Source: a virus (lineage: Duplodnaviria > Caudoviricetes). Taken from it: a stretch of DNA of 64,000 bases. Both the position numbers and the translations under genes were made by a program. The stretch covers positions 1-64,000 of the IMG/VR virus record IMGVR_UViG_2600255075_000001. One strand, given 5' to 3'. The notes beneath the pieces were generated by a model. The model searched no databases, was not told where the DNA came from, and saw nothing but the letters and a program-made list of their open reading frames with translations. Shown piece by piece: positions 48,667 through 56,998 of the stretch (its first letter is position 1; the number at the start of each line of letters is the position of its first letter).

Positions 48667-49381
48667 TTATAGGTCCTCCTTTCAAATTTTTCGATTCGAA
48701 TTTACTAATATGGTAGCTAGTTTCATCCGAATTTCTTCTATATGAAAAATACAGGAATAAGCAAAAGAGTGTAAAGATTGCTATAGAGTACATGTAATAG
48801 CTGCCGTACTTTACAGGGGTGTCTACTAAAGTATAACCTGCAGAAAGGATTAGAATAATGAACAACGATACATGAAAATAAATTGTGGTTTTTTTATCAA
48901 TAGATCTAAAACCAAAAGCAAATCCTTGTTTCATAATCATAATGTATACGGAAATTGTATAGGCAATAAGTGAACAAATTACTTGAGATATATCTGATTT
49001 ATAGTTCATCGGTAGTGTAGCCTCTTCAAATGTTGAGAAGAACCCAGAGCGAACACTTAGGTGAACATAAACGGTTTGTATTAAGACGTAAAACACATTT
49101 CCTGCGATAACAACCCAGGTTGAATAAAGCCAGTTTTTTTCTTTGAAAACGTTCCTAATTAGAAGTATCAATGCTCCTATTTGAACAATCGTCATCACTG
49201 CTAATAGATCATACTCATAAAGTAAGAATGAAAGCACGGACATTAGTAAGCTGGTGAATAAAATCTCTCTCTTGTAGTACTGTAATTTGAAACCAAAAAT
49301 AGTCAGTGATAATACGATTAACGCACTGAACTCCAAAAAGGAAAGGAATATGTACCTAGCCGCAATCAACATGATTGTCAT
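48659..49381 (-). CDS. Polytopic membrane protein resembling an AgrC sensor domain with no histidine kinase
   Basis: About 6-7 hydrophobic helices; ends about 25 aa after the last TM with no H-box or ATPase domain; overlaps agrB and agrD. Confidence 0.75.
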   Translation of the reverse strand: MTIMLIAARYIFLSFLEFSALIVLSLTIFGFKLQYYKREILFTSLLMSVLSFLLYEYDLLAVMTIVQIGALILLIRNVFKEKNWLYSTWVVIAGNVFYVLIQTVYVHLSVRSGFFSTFEEATLPMNYKSDISQVICSLIAYTISVYIMIMKQGFAFGFRSIDKKTTIYFHVSLFIILILSAGYTLVDTPVKYGSYYMYSIAIFTLFCLFLYFSYRRNSDETSYHISKFESKNLKGGPINE

Positions 49382-49958
49382 GCACGCCCTTTGTAAAATA
49401 GATAAGGTGAATCGCCTGTATAAATATAGCGGCGCTAATGATAGCTGATCGATATATATATATATTGCCTGTTACTATAATGAGGCCGATTATCTTATAG
49501 AGTAAAAAGTTTTTGTTAAATGACATTCCCTTTCTAAAAGGTCCAAATAAAATAATAAGAAAGAACGATAAGCTGTCCATGAGCAACTTGTAATCATCAA
49601 CCGCATGCCCTATGTATGGTATTACAATAATAAGAGTAACAGTATATAGAACGCATAAGTCACTTGAAGGAAGGTGATGTCCTCCCAAAATAGCGCGCAT
49701 TACACCCAAAAGAACCATTCCGAGCAAAGTTTCAATTACCCTATTGGTGACTACTGATAAAATCAATACCAACAAAATTATCAACCCAAAATTTATTATC
49801 TTTTTTAAGCCTCGTTCTAATTCATCTTTTTTTAATTTATTTAAAGTATCCTTGTTTAGAATCCAATCAGTAAGTGTTTCTGCGAGGTAATAAACCAGTC
49901 GTCCACCACTCCTTCCATTATCCACCTTTAATATAGTTGTTCTCAGTAAATCGCACAA
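49356..49958 (-). CDS. agrB: AgrB-family peptide-processing membrane protein
   Basis: R...GG.H......C motif (MRAILGGHHLPSSDLC) with catalytic His/Cys; multi-TM; probable start CTG at 49898 behind AAGGAG. Confidence 0.88.
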   Translation of the reverse strand: MCDLLRTTILKVDNGRSGGRLVYYLAETLTDWILNKDTLNKLKKDELERGLKKIINFGLIILLVLILSVVTNRVIETLLGMVLLGVMRAILGGHHLPSSDLCVLYTVTLIIVIPYIGHAVDDYKLLMDSLSFFLIILFGPFRKGMSFNKNFLLYKIIGLIIVTGNIYIYRSAIISAAIFIQAIHLIYFTKGVHDNHVDCG

Positions 49959-49977
49959 GAATTATTTTCCTATTACT

Positions 49978-50006
49978 AATATATCATTATAATATTTTAT
50001 TGTAAA
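49978..50006 (-). promoter_or_regulatory. Putative SigA promoter of the agr-like operon
   Basis: TTTACA-N17-TATATT with TGn extension. Confidence 0.55.
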
Positions 50007-50022
50007 GTTTTATTATTATGTT

Positions 50023-50045
50023 AAAAATAACCCGACAGGGTTATT
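50023..50045 (-). terminator. Terminator after the mrpR-like gene
   Basis: aataaccc/gggttatt stem overlapping the stop, T-run on the minus strand. Confidence 0.65.
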
Positions 50046-51042
50046 GTTCATACACTTTTATGATCGTTTCAACATTCAAAAAATCCTCTTTAAGTCGGTG
50101 GTAGTTATATACCTCATAACCATTATTCATAACTTTTGATATACCAAACTTCTCACTTATTTCTTCATAATGATCTTTTTTAATTTCTCCATGCTTATCA
50201 TAAAAGCTTTTGGCCATATAGAGCATTCCAGAATTTCTTATTATATATGGCGACAAAACTCTTACCCAATCATCGTTATAACTTTTAACTGCCGCGATTC
50301 TCCGTTGAATCAAAAATTTATCTGCCTTACCATTAGTCTGACTGCGAGTAATAACATTCCTCAATACATAATCGCTCTGTTCTAAGTTAGCCTCTGCTGA
50401 CGATCTCATAGTGGGCTTTAGAATACCATTTTTTTTAATATAGGTCTTTTGATCAAGAGCTTTATACATTAAATTCATAAAATCTGAAGACACGTTGATA
50501 ACTCTCTCGTGTTCGCCGTCTGTTAAAGAAATCAGATTCTCACTCACGATGCTTTGACGCTTCAGATTTAGCAATTCATCGTAGCCACTTTTACCAAAAA
50601 CGCCTTCAAAGATTGCGATTATCGGAAATGCATCTTGAGCATTTACACACACACTAATCATACTATCAATTTCATCTTTTGTATAAAGCGACTTTTTAGA
50701 TATATCTATAAACTTTTTAAAATAATTATTTTCTGCCAGCACATCTAATGGATTAATATTTGTATCTCTCAGGTCCTGTTCTATTCCCCATCTTATATAG
50801 TTCTGGACCATATAAAAGTTCGAGCGGCTGGCATTCAGAGTTGATGGATTTAGGTAATGAAGTAAATTTTCAATCTGATCCAGCGTAAAATTATACAAAT
50901 CTTGCCCATATGTTTCTTCTATTGATTTGGCCCTTGAAAGAATTCTACGCGCTTGGAGTGAAGTAGTCTCTGGCAGAGAGTTTACGTATCTCATTTTTTG
51001 ATACTCGTTAAAATACCCGCCTTCATAAATTTTGTTTGACAT
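50041..51042 (-). CDS. mrpR: YopR/MrpR(SroF)-like lysogeny repressor with tyrosine-recombinase fold
   Basis: SAM-like N-domain (E..YG.DLYNFT..QI..LL), IFEG......ELLNLK lacking the catalytic Arg, IRNSG motif lacking the HxxR His; follows a YopQ-like gene as in SPbeta. Confidence 0.75.
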   Translation of the reverse strand: MSNKIYEGGYFNEYQKMRYVNSLPETTSLQARRILSRAKSIEETYGQDLYNFTLDQIENLLHYLNPSTLNASRSNFYMVQNYIRWGIEQDLRDTNINPLDVLAENNYFKKFIDISKKSLYTKDEIDSMISVCVNAQDAFPIIAIFEGVFGKSGYDELLNLKRQSIVSENLISLTDGEHERVINVSSDFMNLMYKALDQKTYIKKNGILKPTMRSSAEANLEQSDYVLRNVITRSQTNGKADKFLIQRRIAAVKSYNDDWVRVLSPYIIRNSGMLYMAKSFYDKHGEIKKDHYEEISEKFGISKVMNNGYEVYNYHRLKEDFLNVETIIKVYEQ

Positions 51043-51062
51043 TAGCGATTACTCCCTCTAAT

Positions 51063-52397
51063 TCAAGATATCCAACTCTTAATATCAATTTTTTCGAAGT
51101 GATCTTTTACTAACTTTTGCAGACGAGACGAAGCTCCTTTGTTGTAAGTAACCACTTTATCTAGCTCTTTAACTTCTTCAATAATTGTCTCAATGACATT
51201 CTTTATTTTACTAAACGACACATCGTTTTCTTTAAATATTTTTGCAATAACAATGTACCCAATAAACATGCGCGGCTGCCTTAGAAGACTTGTTTTTGTA
51301 TTGAACTCATCATCAAAAACCCCTAGCAAATTGTTGAAGAAGTCTGTTAAATATACCCCAACTTCCTTTGCTTCGAAAGCAGTTTTTGGCTCAAATACCT
51401 GGTCGATTGCATTTGCTAAAATATCTGTAGTCGTGTAATGGCCTGCCAATTCGCTAATCTTTGAACCTGAGGCAATCTTTCCTTTGAGATCGGAATTGAT
51501 CTGTAATTGTTTAACGGCAACATAAGAAACTTTCTCTTGTTTGAGTTGCTCAAGTCGTTCAGTTTTAACTACGTTGATAGTGTTAATTTGACCAAAATAC
51601 TTTTTAGCGGTATCTGTGTCATAAACTCGTATACTCAATATTATATCTTGCTGCAGATCCGGATTAACAGATAAAGCCCTTACTGCTCCTTGAAGTCGGT
51701 GAAATCCATCAAGAATAGAGATGGTAGCTCCTTCCTTAATAGTCAAGACTTTAGATTTTGGATTGTATGTTATCGGATCGAAATCCTCAGAATAGACGTT
51801 TAGAGTAATCATATCAGGCAGATATGTTTCATTTAACATATGTTCTGCAATATCTTTTACGCTTTGCAAATTAACATCTGGTACAGGGACAACCCCATCT
51901 CTTCCCTTTTTATATTTGGCGCTTCTCTGTGTTTCGAAATCGTAAACAATAATCTTGTTATGGTACCATTTTACTGGCTCCGAAATTTTAATTGTAGTAA
52001 CAAAATTTTCATGATCAATTTGTAGCACACTGTTAATCGATATAGGAAGATTAACATCTTTAACTTCCTTGCCTGTATACTTCCTTGCTTCTGATATCTC
52101 ACCTTCAGTAAAATAATTTTCTGCTCTCACTTCGTCAGACCCATCAATTTTAAATACGGCCATTGAGATAAGACAGAGAACAGCGGTATCAATTTCTCCA
52201 AGTAAATTTTCGTTTTTAATAATTTCGTTAAAAAATCCAGAAGGTATGTCATATTCGGATAAATTTTTATTTACTTCCTCAATATTTTTTCTTTTATATT
52301 TTATTCTTTCTATTGCATTAGTCAGATTGCTTTCAAGTTCGCTACGGTCACGCAACATAATAAAAACTCCTTCCTTCATACCACATACTATAGTCAT
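51063..52397 (-). CDS. YopQ(SroE)-like ParB/DndB (DGQHR-type) protein
   Basis: QR motif, ITLN, ILDGFHR, F.QINT; size and position like SPbeta yopQ. Confidence 0.72.
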   Translation of the reverse strand: MTIVCGMKEGVFIMLRDRSELESNLTNAIERIKYKRKNIEEVNKNLSEYDIPSGFFNEIIKNENLLGEIDTAVLCLISMAVFKIDGSDEVRAENYFTEGEISEARKYTGKEVKDVNLPISINSVLQIDHENFVTTIKISEPVKWYHNKIIVYDFETQRSAKYKKGRDGVVPVPDVNLQSVKDIAEHMLNETYLPDMITLNVYSEDFDPITYNPKSKVLTIKEGATISILDGFHRLQGAVRALSVNPDLQQDIILSIRVYDTDTAKKYFGQINTINVVKTERLEQLKQEKVSYVAVKQLQINSDLKGKIASGSKISELAGHYTTTDILANAIDQVFEPKTAFEAKEVGVYLTDFFNNLLGVFDDEFNTKTSLLRQPRMFIGYIVIAKIFKENDVSFSKIKNVIETIIEEVKELDKVVTYNKGASSRLQKLVKDHFEKIDIKSWIS

Positions 52398-52569
52398 TAT
52401 ATCACAGATTGTTGACTATAAATAATAAAAATATACACAGAAATACATCTCATGAAAAGCCTTATTGCTTTGAGATATATCCCTATGTATATTTTCAATT
52501 TAATTAACGTATTATTTTACAATAAAATCTTGTTTTTATAGGTTAATGCTATGAAAGAAGCTCCACGCT

Positions 52570-53274
52570 CTAACTCAATTCGTCAGGAGTGTTTATAAAT
52601 TGAATAAATTGCTTGCCTAACGCAGATGTTCTAGAGGCGACCATTCCGCTACCACCCATTATAGTATGCAAATCGCTTGAGTCTTTACTAATAAGTCCTC
52701 TATTGTACAAATCGCTCATTATCAGTTTCGTAAATTCTAGTTCGCCTGATAACTGCGGATAATACTGAAAAATAACTAGCCCAATACTTCCCTTATCTAA
52801 ATCTATTGAGTGCCCAGCCTTTTGCAAATTTTGTTTTGGATCATTGAGAAAGAATAAAATTTTTAAATGCCATTCATTAAATGAATCAATAAAAGATAAA
52901 AACATTTGTTGTCGATTTTCATCAATTGAATTAGTAAGCGCTGAATTGCTGACCGCGTTAAGTAGTGCTGCACGTTTTTCAATTTGATGAGTCCTGATTG
53001 ATATATTTATAGCTTGTAAAACAACGCTCAAGAAAGCTTCATTGTTAGATAAGGAATAGATGTCAAATGTCTCGATTTTATTATTTAGTTCATTCAGTCT
53101 TTGGTCCAACATAACCAATATATTCTCTTTTCTTTTTTCTGCCGGGGACGTAACAACTAAACCGAAGTATTCCGATAAAAATCCCCCAACTGCAGGGATA
53201 GCCGAAATTGTGCTTTTGATTGTTGCGTGAACAATATCGCCTTTAGTGTTTTTAAAATTATCATCAATACTCAC
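52570..53274 (-). CDS. Hypothetical protein, possibly Abi-alpha-like
   Basis: ISAIPAVGG..., EKR..L.N, F....D......LK.L, C-terminal winged-helix-like L...GLI...T.LGKQFIQFI. Confidence 0.55.
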   Translation of the reverse strand: MSIDDNFKNTKGDIVHATIKSTISAIPAVGGFLSEYFGLVVTSPAEKRKENILVMLDQRLNELNNKIETFDIYSLSNNEAFLSVVLQAINISIRTHQIEKRAALLNAVSNSALTNSIDENRQQMFLSFIDSFNEWHLKILFFLNDPKQNLQKAGHSIDLDKGSIGLVIFQYYPQLSGELEFTKLIMSDLYNRGLISKDSSDLHTIMGGSGMVASRTSALGKQFIQFINTPDELS

Positions 53275-53309
53275 TTAATTCACCCTCGTAATAAATAAGA
53301 TTATACAAA

Positions 53310-53516
53310 CTATGTTCTTGCTGAATTTCCTCTCCATTCAAGAGCAGTTTTCATTACACTGTTCCTGTCATCCCATAATGCTATAATAAATCTACGTAGT
53401 AAATCATTTTCTCTCATGAGTCCGTATATTTCATCCATCTCTTCAGTGGTAAATCTGTTTTCGGGTTTAATTTCCGTGAACATAAATGAACTCCTCAATA
53501 AAACCGCTATTTTCAA
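53310..53516 (-). CDS. Hypothetical protein
   Basis: ORF; probable start MFTEIKP behind GAGGAG. Confidence 0.5.
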   Translation of the reverse strand: MKIAVLLRSSFMFTEIKPENRFTTEEMDEIYGLMRENDLLRRFIIALWDDRNSVMKTALEWRGNSART

Positions 53517-53517
53517 C

Positions 53518-53973
53518 TTATTGACCGGTAATTAATTTAAGCAATTTTCTTTGTTGTTCTAAGGATAAATTTTGAAACATGCATGTGCTAATTTTCTGTA
53601 ACAAAATGGGTTCAATTGTGCAGACGATATTTTTATACTCTTCTTGATAATCTGACCTACTTTTTAAACAAGGAATAAGTGAATTGATATGATAATGGTT
53701 AACAATTGCATTTAGTAAAACAGTTATAGATACTTTGCCCATGTTACGCAATCTATAGATATATGAGAACTTGACGTTCATCACGTTTTCAAGGTTGCAA
53801 ATTCCACCTCTACGTAACGCGTTAATAACTCTTGTTTCTCTATTTGCCCCTGGATTCACAAATAGATCTTCTACAGGCGTCTCGTTTCTAAAGTCATCCT
53901 TTATATCTAGAAGATTCATTAAAGGTTGATCAATATTTTTTATTAAATAATCAAGAGTGATTGGAGTAGACAT
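53518..53973 (-). CDS. Stand-alone RNA polymerase alpha-CTD-like protein
   Basis: PVEDL.....TRVINALRRGGI..L..V........LRNMGKVS matches the alpha-CTD helix-hairpin-helix signature. Confidence 0.7.
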   Translation of the reverse strand: MSTPITLDYLIKNIDQPLMNLLDIKDDFRNETPVEDLFVNPGANRETRVINALRRGGICNLENVMNVKFSYIYRLRNMGKVSITVLLNAIVNHYHINSLIPCLKSRSDYQEEYKNIVCTIEPILLQKISTCMFQNLSLEQQRKLLKLITGQ

Positions 53974-54018
53974 GTTCTCTTCCCCTATTCAAAAATTTAG
54001 CCGCGGATATCTCTAATA

Positions 54019-54336
54019 CTACTGTTCAATTGGAATAATAAAACTACCCTGATCTCTAAACATCTGATCAATCTCATAAACAATTTTAGTGTTTCTCGAT
54101 ACTCGGCTCCAGTTTTGAACAAGTAACTCATTAATACCTTGGTTTTTCATTTCATCAAGAATATTCTCAAACCGATCACTCCGCTGGTTTGCCGAGATTA
54201 CATCTTTGAATACGGCAATGACCCGTTTGTCATTGTCCTCGGCAAACTGTTTGCATCCCACAATCTGTTTACCTAGTTTCTCTTCTGCTTGTTCTTGTGT
54301 TCCAACTCTTACATATATCATAACAGAATTACTCAC
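54019..54336 (-). CDS. Serine-recombinase catalytic-domain-only protein, catalytic Ser replaced by Gly
   Basis: IYVRVGTQEQ (canonical YxRVST), D..SA..R..F, SRVSRN; no DNA-binding domain. Confidence 0.75.
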   Translation of the reverse strand: MSNSVMIYVRVGTQEQAEEKLGKQIVGCKQFAEDNDKRVIAVFKDVISANQRSDRFENILDEMKNQGINELLVQNWSRVSRNTKIVYEIDQMFRDQGSFIIPIEQ

Positions 54337-54391
54337 TATACACCTCTCCTTGTCCGATGAAATTGACCTTTTATCTCTATATCATAATGCT

Positions 54392-54625
54392 GCTTCAATC
54401 CACGCACTCTTGTAGAGTGCGGCATCAAATGAAGACTTTTCTGAATCTAAATGGAGATTTCAATCCACGCACCCGTAAGGGGTGCGACATTATATGATGC
54501 ATATGAGCCTAAAATGTATGAACGTATTTCAATCCACGCACCCGTAAGGGGTGCGACGTAACCAACACATTGTTTAAAAAACCAATACAGAGTATTTCAA
54601 TCCACGCACCCGTAAGGGGTGCGAC
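54392..54625 (-). CRISPR. Type I-C mini CRISPR array: 4 repeats, 3 spacers
   Basis: 32-bp repeat GTCGCACCCCTTACGGGTGCGTGGATTGAAAT (minus strand) identical at 54457-54488, 54526-54557, 54594-54625; divergent terminal repeat 54392-54423; spacers of 33, 37, 36 bp. Confidence 0.95.
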
Positions 54626-54800
54626 TCCGTTTCCCAACCAATATAGGGTCTAAAACGGCATTCTACTAATATTAATAAAGAGTTTAATTTTTATAATCCC
54701 TAGTTAAATTACCGTATAATGTTTAAACACCCATATATCTAGATGAAATTTGGTGCGAATCCCCCAGGGATATCATGCTCGCTTCCCATTCGCACTTCCT
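54626..54800 (-). promoter_or_regulatory. Type I-C CRISPR leader
   Basis: AT-rich region with inverted repeat GTGCGAAT (54753-54760) / ATTCGCAC (54788-54795), as seen at the distal end of I-C leaders. Confidence 0.75.
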
Positions 54801-54823
54801 TCCGTTATTTTTTAATATTAACC

Positions 54824-55117
54824 CTACTTACCGGCATACTTGCTGATTCTGACTTTGTGTGTATACTCATTATAAAGATAACCTCGTTCAGGAGATATAC
54901 CAATTAGTTCTGGACGCTCTGTGTACACCTCATCTAATGTTCTATCTTCTCTACCAACAGCAGACATGCTCTCTATCTCGATAGGGTACTTGGAAAATAA
55001 CGCTCTGACAATCTCTTCAGCGTGTTCTTTATTTTTTGCAAACACAATTCCTTCAAATTTTGATCCCGCTTTTCTACTATTAATTTTATGAAAATAACAG
55101 TGCACTGAATATATCAT
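54824..55117 (-). CDS. Hypothetical protein directly upstream of the CRISPR leader
   Basis: 97-aa ORF with AAAAGGAG RBS; no Cas motif recognised. Confidence 0.7.
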   Translation of the reverse strand: MIYSVHCYFHKINSRKAGSKFEGIVFAKNKEHAEEIVRALFSKYPIEIESMSAVGREDRTLDEVYTERPELIGISPERGYLYNEYTHKVRISKYAGK

Positions 55118-55171
55118 TAGTTTATAGTTCTCCTTTTGCCATTATCGAACAAGTAGATCATCTAATAAAAG

Positions 55172-55591
55172 TCAGTTTTCATCGACTGTACGATTCATAT
55201 ACAAGTCCATTCTAAGCATGTTGAAGATCGCCGAATCACACCTTTCTCCGCTGTATTTTCTGCAAAAACCAAGTAGCAGCGCTTCATCAAAAGTACTTCT
55301 CGACTCATTAAAGAACTTATTATCAACTACGGGGTAAAAAGCTGTTTCTTTACCTTTATTCAATCTCACTTCTGCTTCAACAATCGCTAAATCTTCACTA
55401 ATAATTGTTGTGTTAACTACGCTCCTATAGTCTTTTACAATTAGCTTCTCTATGGATTCCTCTTTCTCCCTTTGTTCCAAAAATGATTTTGCCATACCGT
55501 ATATACGAGATAACTGAAAGCGTCCAGTATCCTTCATTGCCAGCTCTTCAAAGAATTTAGGGATCTCTTCGAATGATAAGTCTTTTAACAT
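55172..55591 (-). CDS. Hypothetical protein
   Basis: ORF between palindromes 55165 and 55619; AAGGAGG RBS. Confidence 0.7.
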   Translation of the reverse strand: MLKDLSFEEIPKFFEELAMKDTGRFQLSRIYGMAKSFLEQREKEESIEKLIVKDYRSVVNTTIISEDLAIVEAEVRLNKGKETAFYPVVDNKFFNESRSTFDEALLLGFCRKYSGERCDSAIFNMLRMDLYMNRTVDEN

Positions 55592-55625
55592 TAAACTACC
55601 TCCTTGGATATTATTCTTATGAAAT

Positions 55626-55898
55626 TCAAGTTTTATCAGTTTTTAATAACTCAGCAAGTTTATAAATGTCTTCCTTGAGGAGGACCAACTCGCATAATTT
55701 CTTCTCCTTTTTATCTGCACCAAGGGTCATGACATTCGCAATAAAGTCTTTTTCATGCGAAGTATTTACAATTTCCATCCATCTTGGGGATACTTCACAA
55801 ATCAAAGCTTTTGCGCCCAGTTCATTCTTCTTTCTTTGATAAAAACCTACTGGAAATCTGATAATATTATCATCCATTTTAGGCCCTCCTAACTCCAA
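55626..55898 (-). CDS. Hypothetical protein
   Basis: ORF between palindromes 55619 and 55903. Confidence 0.65.
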   Translation of the reverse strand: MELGGPKMDDNIIRFPVGFYQRKKNELGAKALICEVSPRWMEIVNTSHEKDFIANVMTLGADKKEKKLCELVLLKEDIYKLAELLKTDKT

Positions 55899-55926
55899 AA
55901 AAATAAAACTAGTATTTTATTGGTTA

Positions 55927-56418
55927 CTACCGTCTCTGAATTTCTTGCATTTTAACCTTACCAATAATAATCATTTCCTGAAATGCTCTTCCCTTTACTT
56001 GGACATCATCTTGAAACTTTCCCTTATCCCAAAAGAGTGCAATTTTCGCAAGTTGATATAATACATAATACTTCTTACAAACTAAAAGACCAACGACTAT
56101 TAATATATTGAAAAACAGTAGAACCGCTACCAATACTAAACTCGGAATACTTGTGGATATTGGAATATTTACAATAAACTGCTGTAAAAAGCCTAGAGAG
56201 AGCGCAACTGTACCAGCAACTCCCGAAGCTTTTTGATCAAGGAGGTTAAGAAACAAACTTGGATTATAATTAAAAAATGTTCCACTTTCTTTACGAAGAT
56301 CATCGAAGCTTTTTGAGAAAAATGCAAATCCTAAAAAAATTACACCAACAAGATCCATAATTAGGCCAAAAATAGACCAAATATTTGCAACAGTAAAATG
56401 ACTCAAATCAACATTCAT
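55927..56418 (-). CDS. Membrane protein (about 3 TM)
   Basis: Hydrophobic segments. Confidence 0.65.
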   Translation of the reverse strand: MNVDLSHFTVANIWSIFGLIMDLVGVIFLGFAFFSKSFDDLRKESGTFFNYNPSLFLNLLDQKASGVAGTVALSLGFLQQFIVNIPISTSIPSLVLVAVLLFFNILIVVGLLVCKKYYVLYQLAKIALFWDKGKFQDDVQVKGRAFQEMIIIGKVKMQEIQRR

Positions 56419-56705
56419 TTTTTCCGATCCTTTTGATTTATTTTATTGTTGAAGCCAGTCTTTTATCCAATTTTTATGTAGGTACTCAGCGTCTCAGTAA
56501 GCCACCTTGTGCCACCAGTTAAAAGGCTGCTAAATACTCCTGGATTCTTGTAAAAGTACAAGCATGTTGTCAATCCAATAAATCCCAAGATAATCTTATT
56601 TCGATTAGGCATTCTGTCTCCTCCGCTTCTTATGGGATGCCCTACAACTTATAATTCTTCAGAATCATAACCAATCATGCCATCATTCCTCATAAAACCA
56701 ATCCA

Positions 56706-56915
56706 TTATTTATTTTCAACATACTCATCGACGCGTTTTCTAAACTCTTCATTGTCTCTATATTCAAAACACGAAGAGACAACCATTTGAATTATACTTT
56801 CCCTTGTCATCTCGCGAATCTTCTCGTCGGCCATAACTCCATCAGAAAAGGTTTTGGCATTGCTCAGCACTGAATCAAAGTCATATCTAACTCTACTCAC
56901 AAAACAACCCTCCAT
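56706..56915 (-). CDS. Hypothetical protein
   Basis: ORF after palindrome 56924. Confidence 0.55.
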   Translation of the reverse strand: MEGCFVSRVRYDFDSVLSNAKTFSDGVMADEKIREMTRESIIQMVVSSCFEYRDNEEFRKRVDEYVENK

Positions 56916-56998
56916 CTAAAATCATAAAATCTCCATTTTATCTTCTTCTTTAGAGCTCTTTTTTAGCTTCCATCCACAAGTAAATTATTTTTATATTC

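Noticed and set aside
50041-51042. Active tyrosine integrase
   Set aside because: First catalytic Arg and the His of HxxR are missing; size and yopQ-like neighbour fit the MrpR/YopR repressor.
47000-53300. Arbitrium aimR-aimP next to the yopQ/yopR-like genes
   Set aside because: No TPR/RRNPP receptor or Sec-signal propeptide recognised in this window; it could lie outside it.
54424-54593. Self-targeting by the CRISPR spacers
   Set aside because: No protospacer noticed elsewhere in the window by eye; not an exhaustive search.
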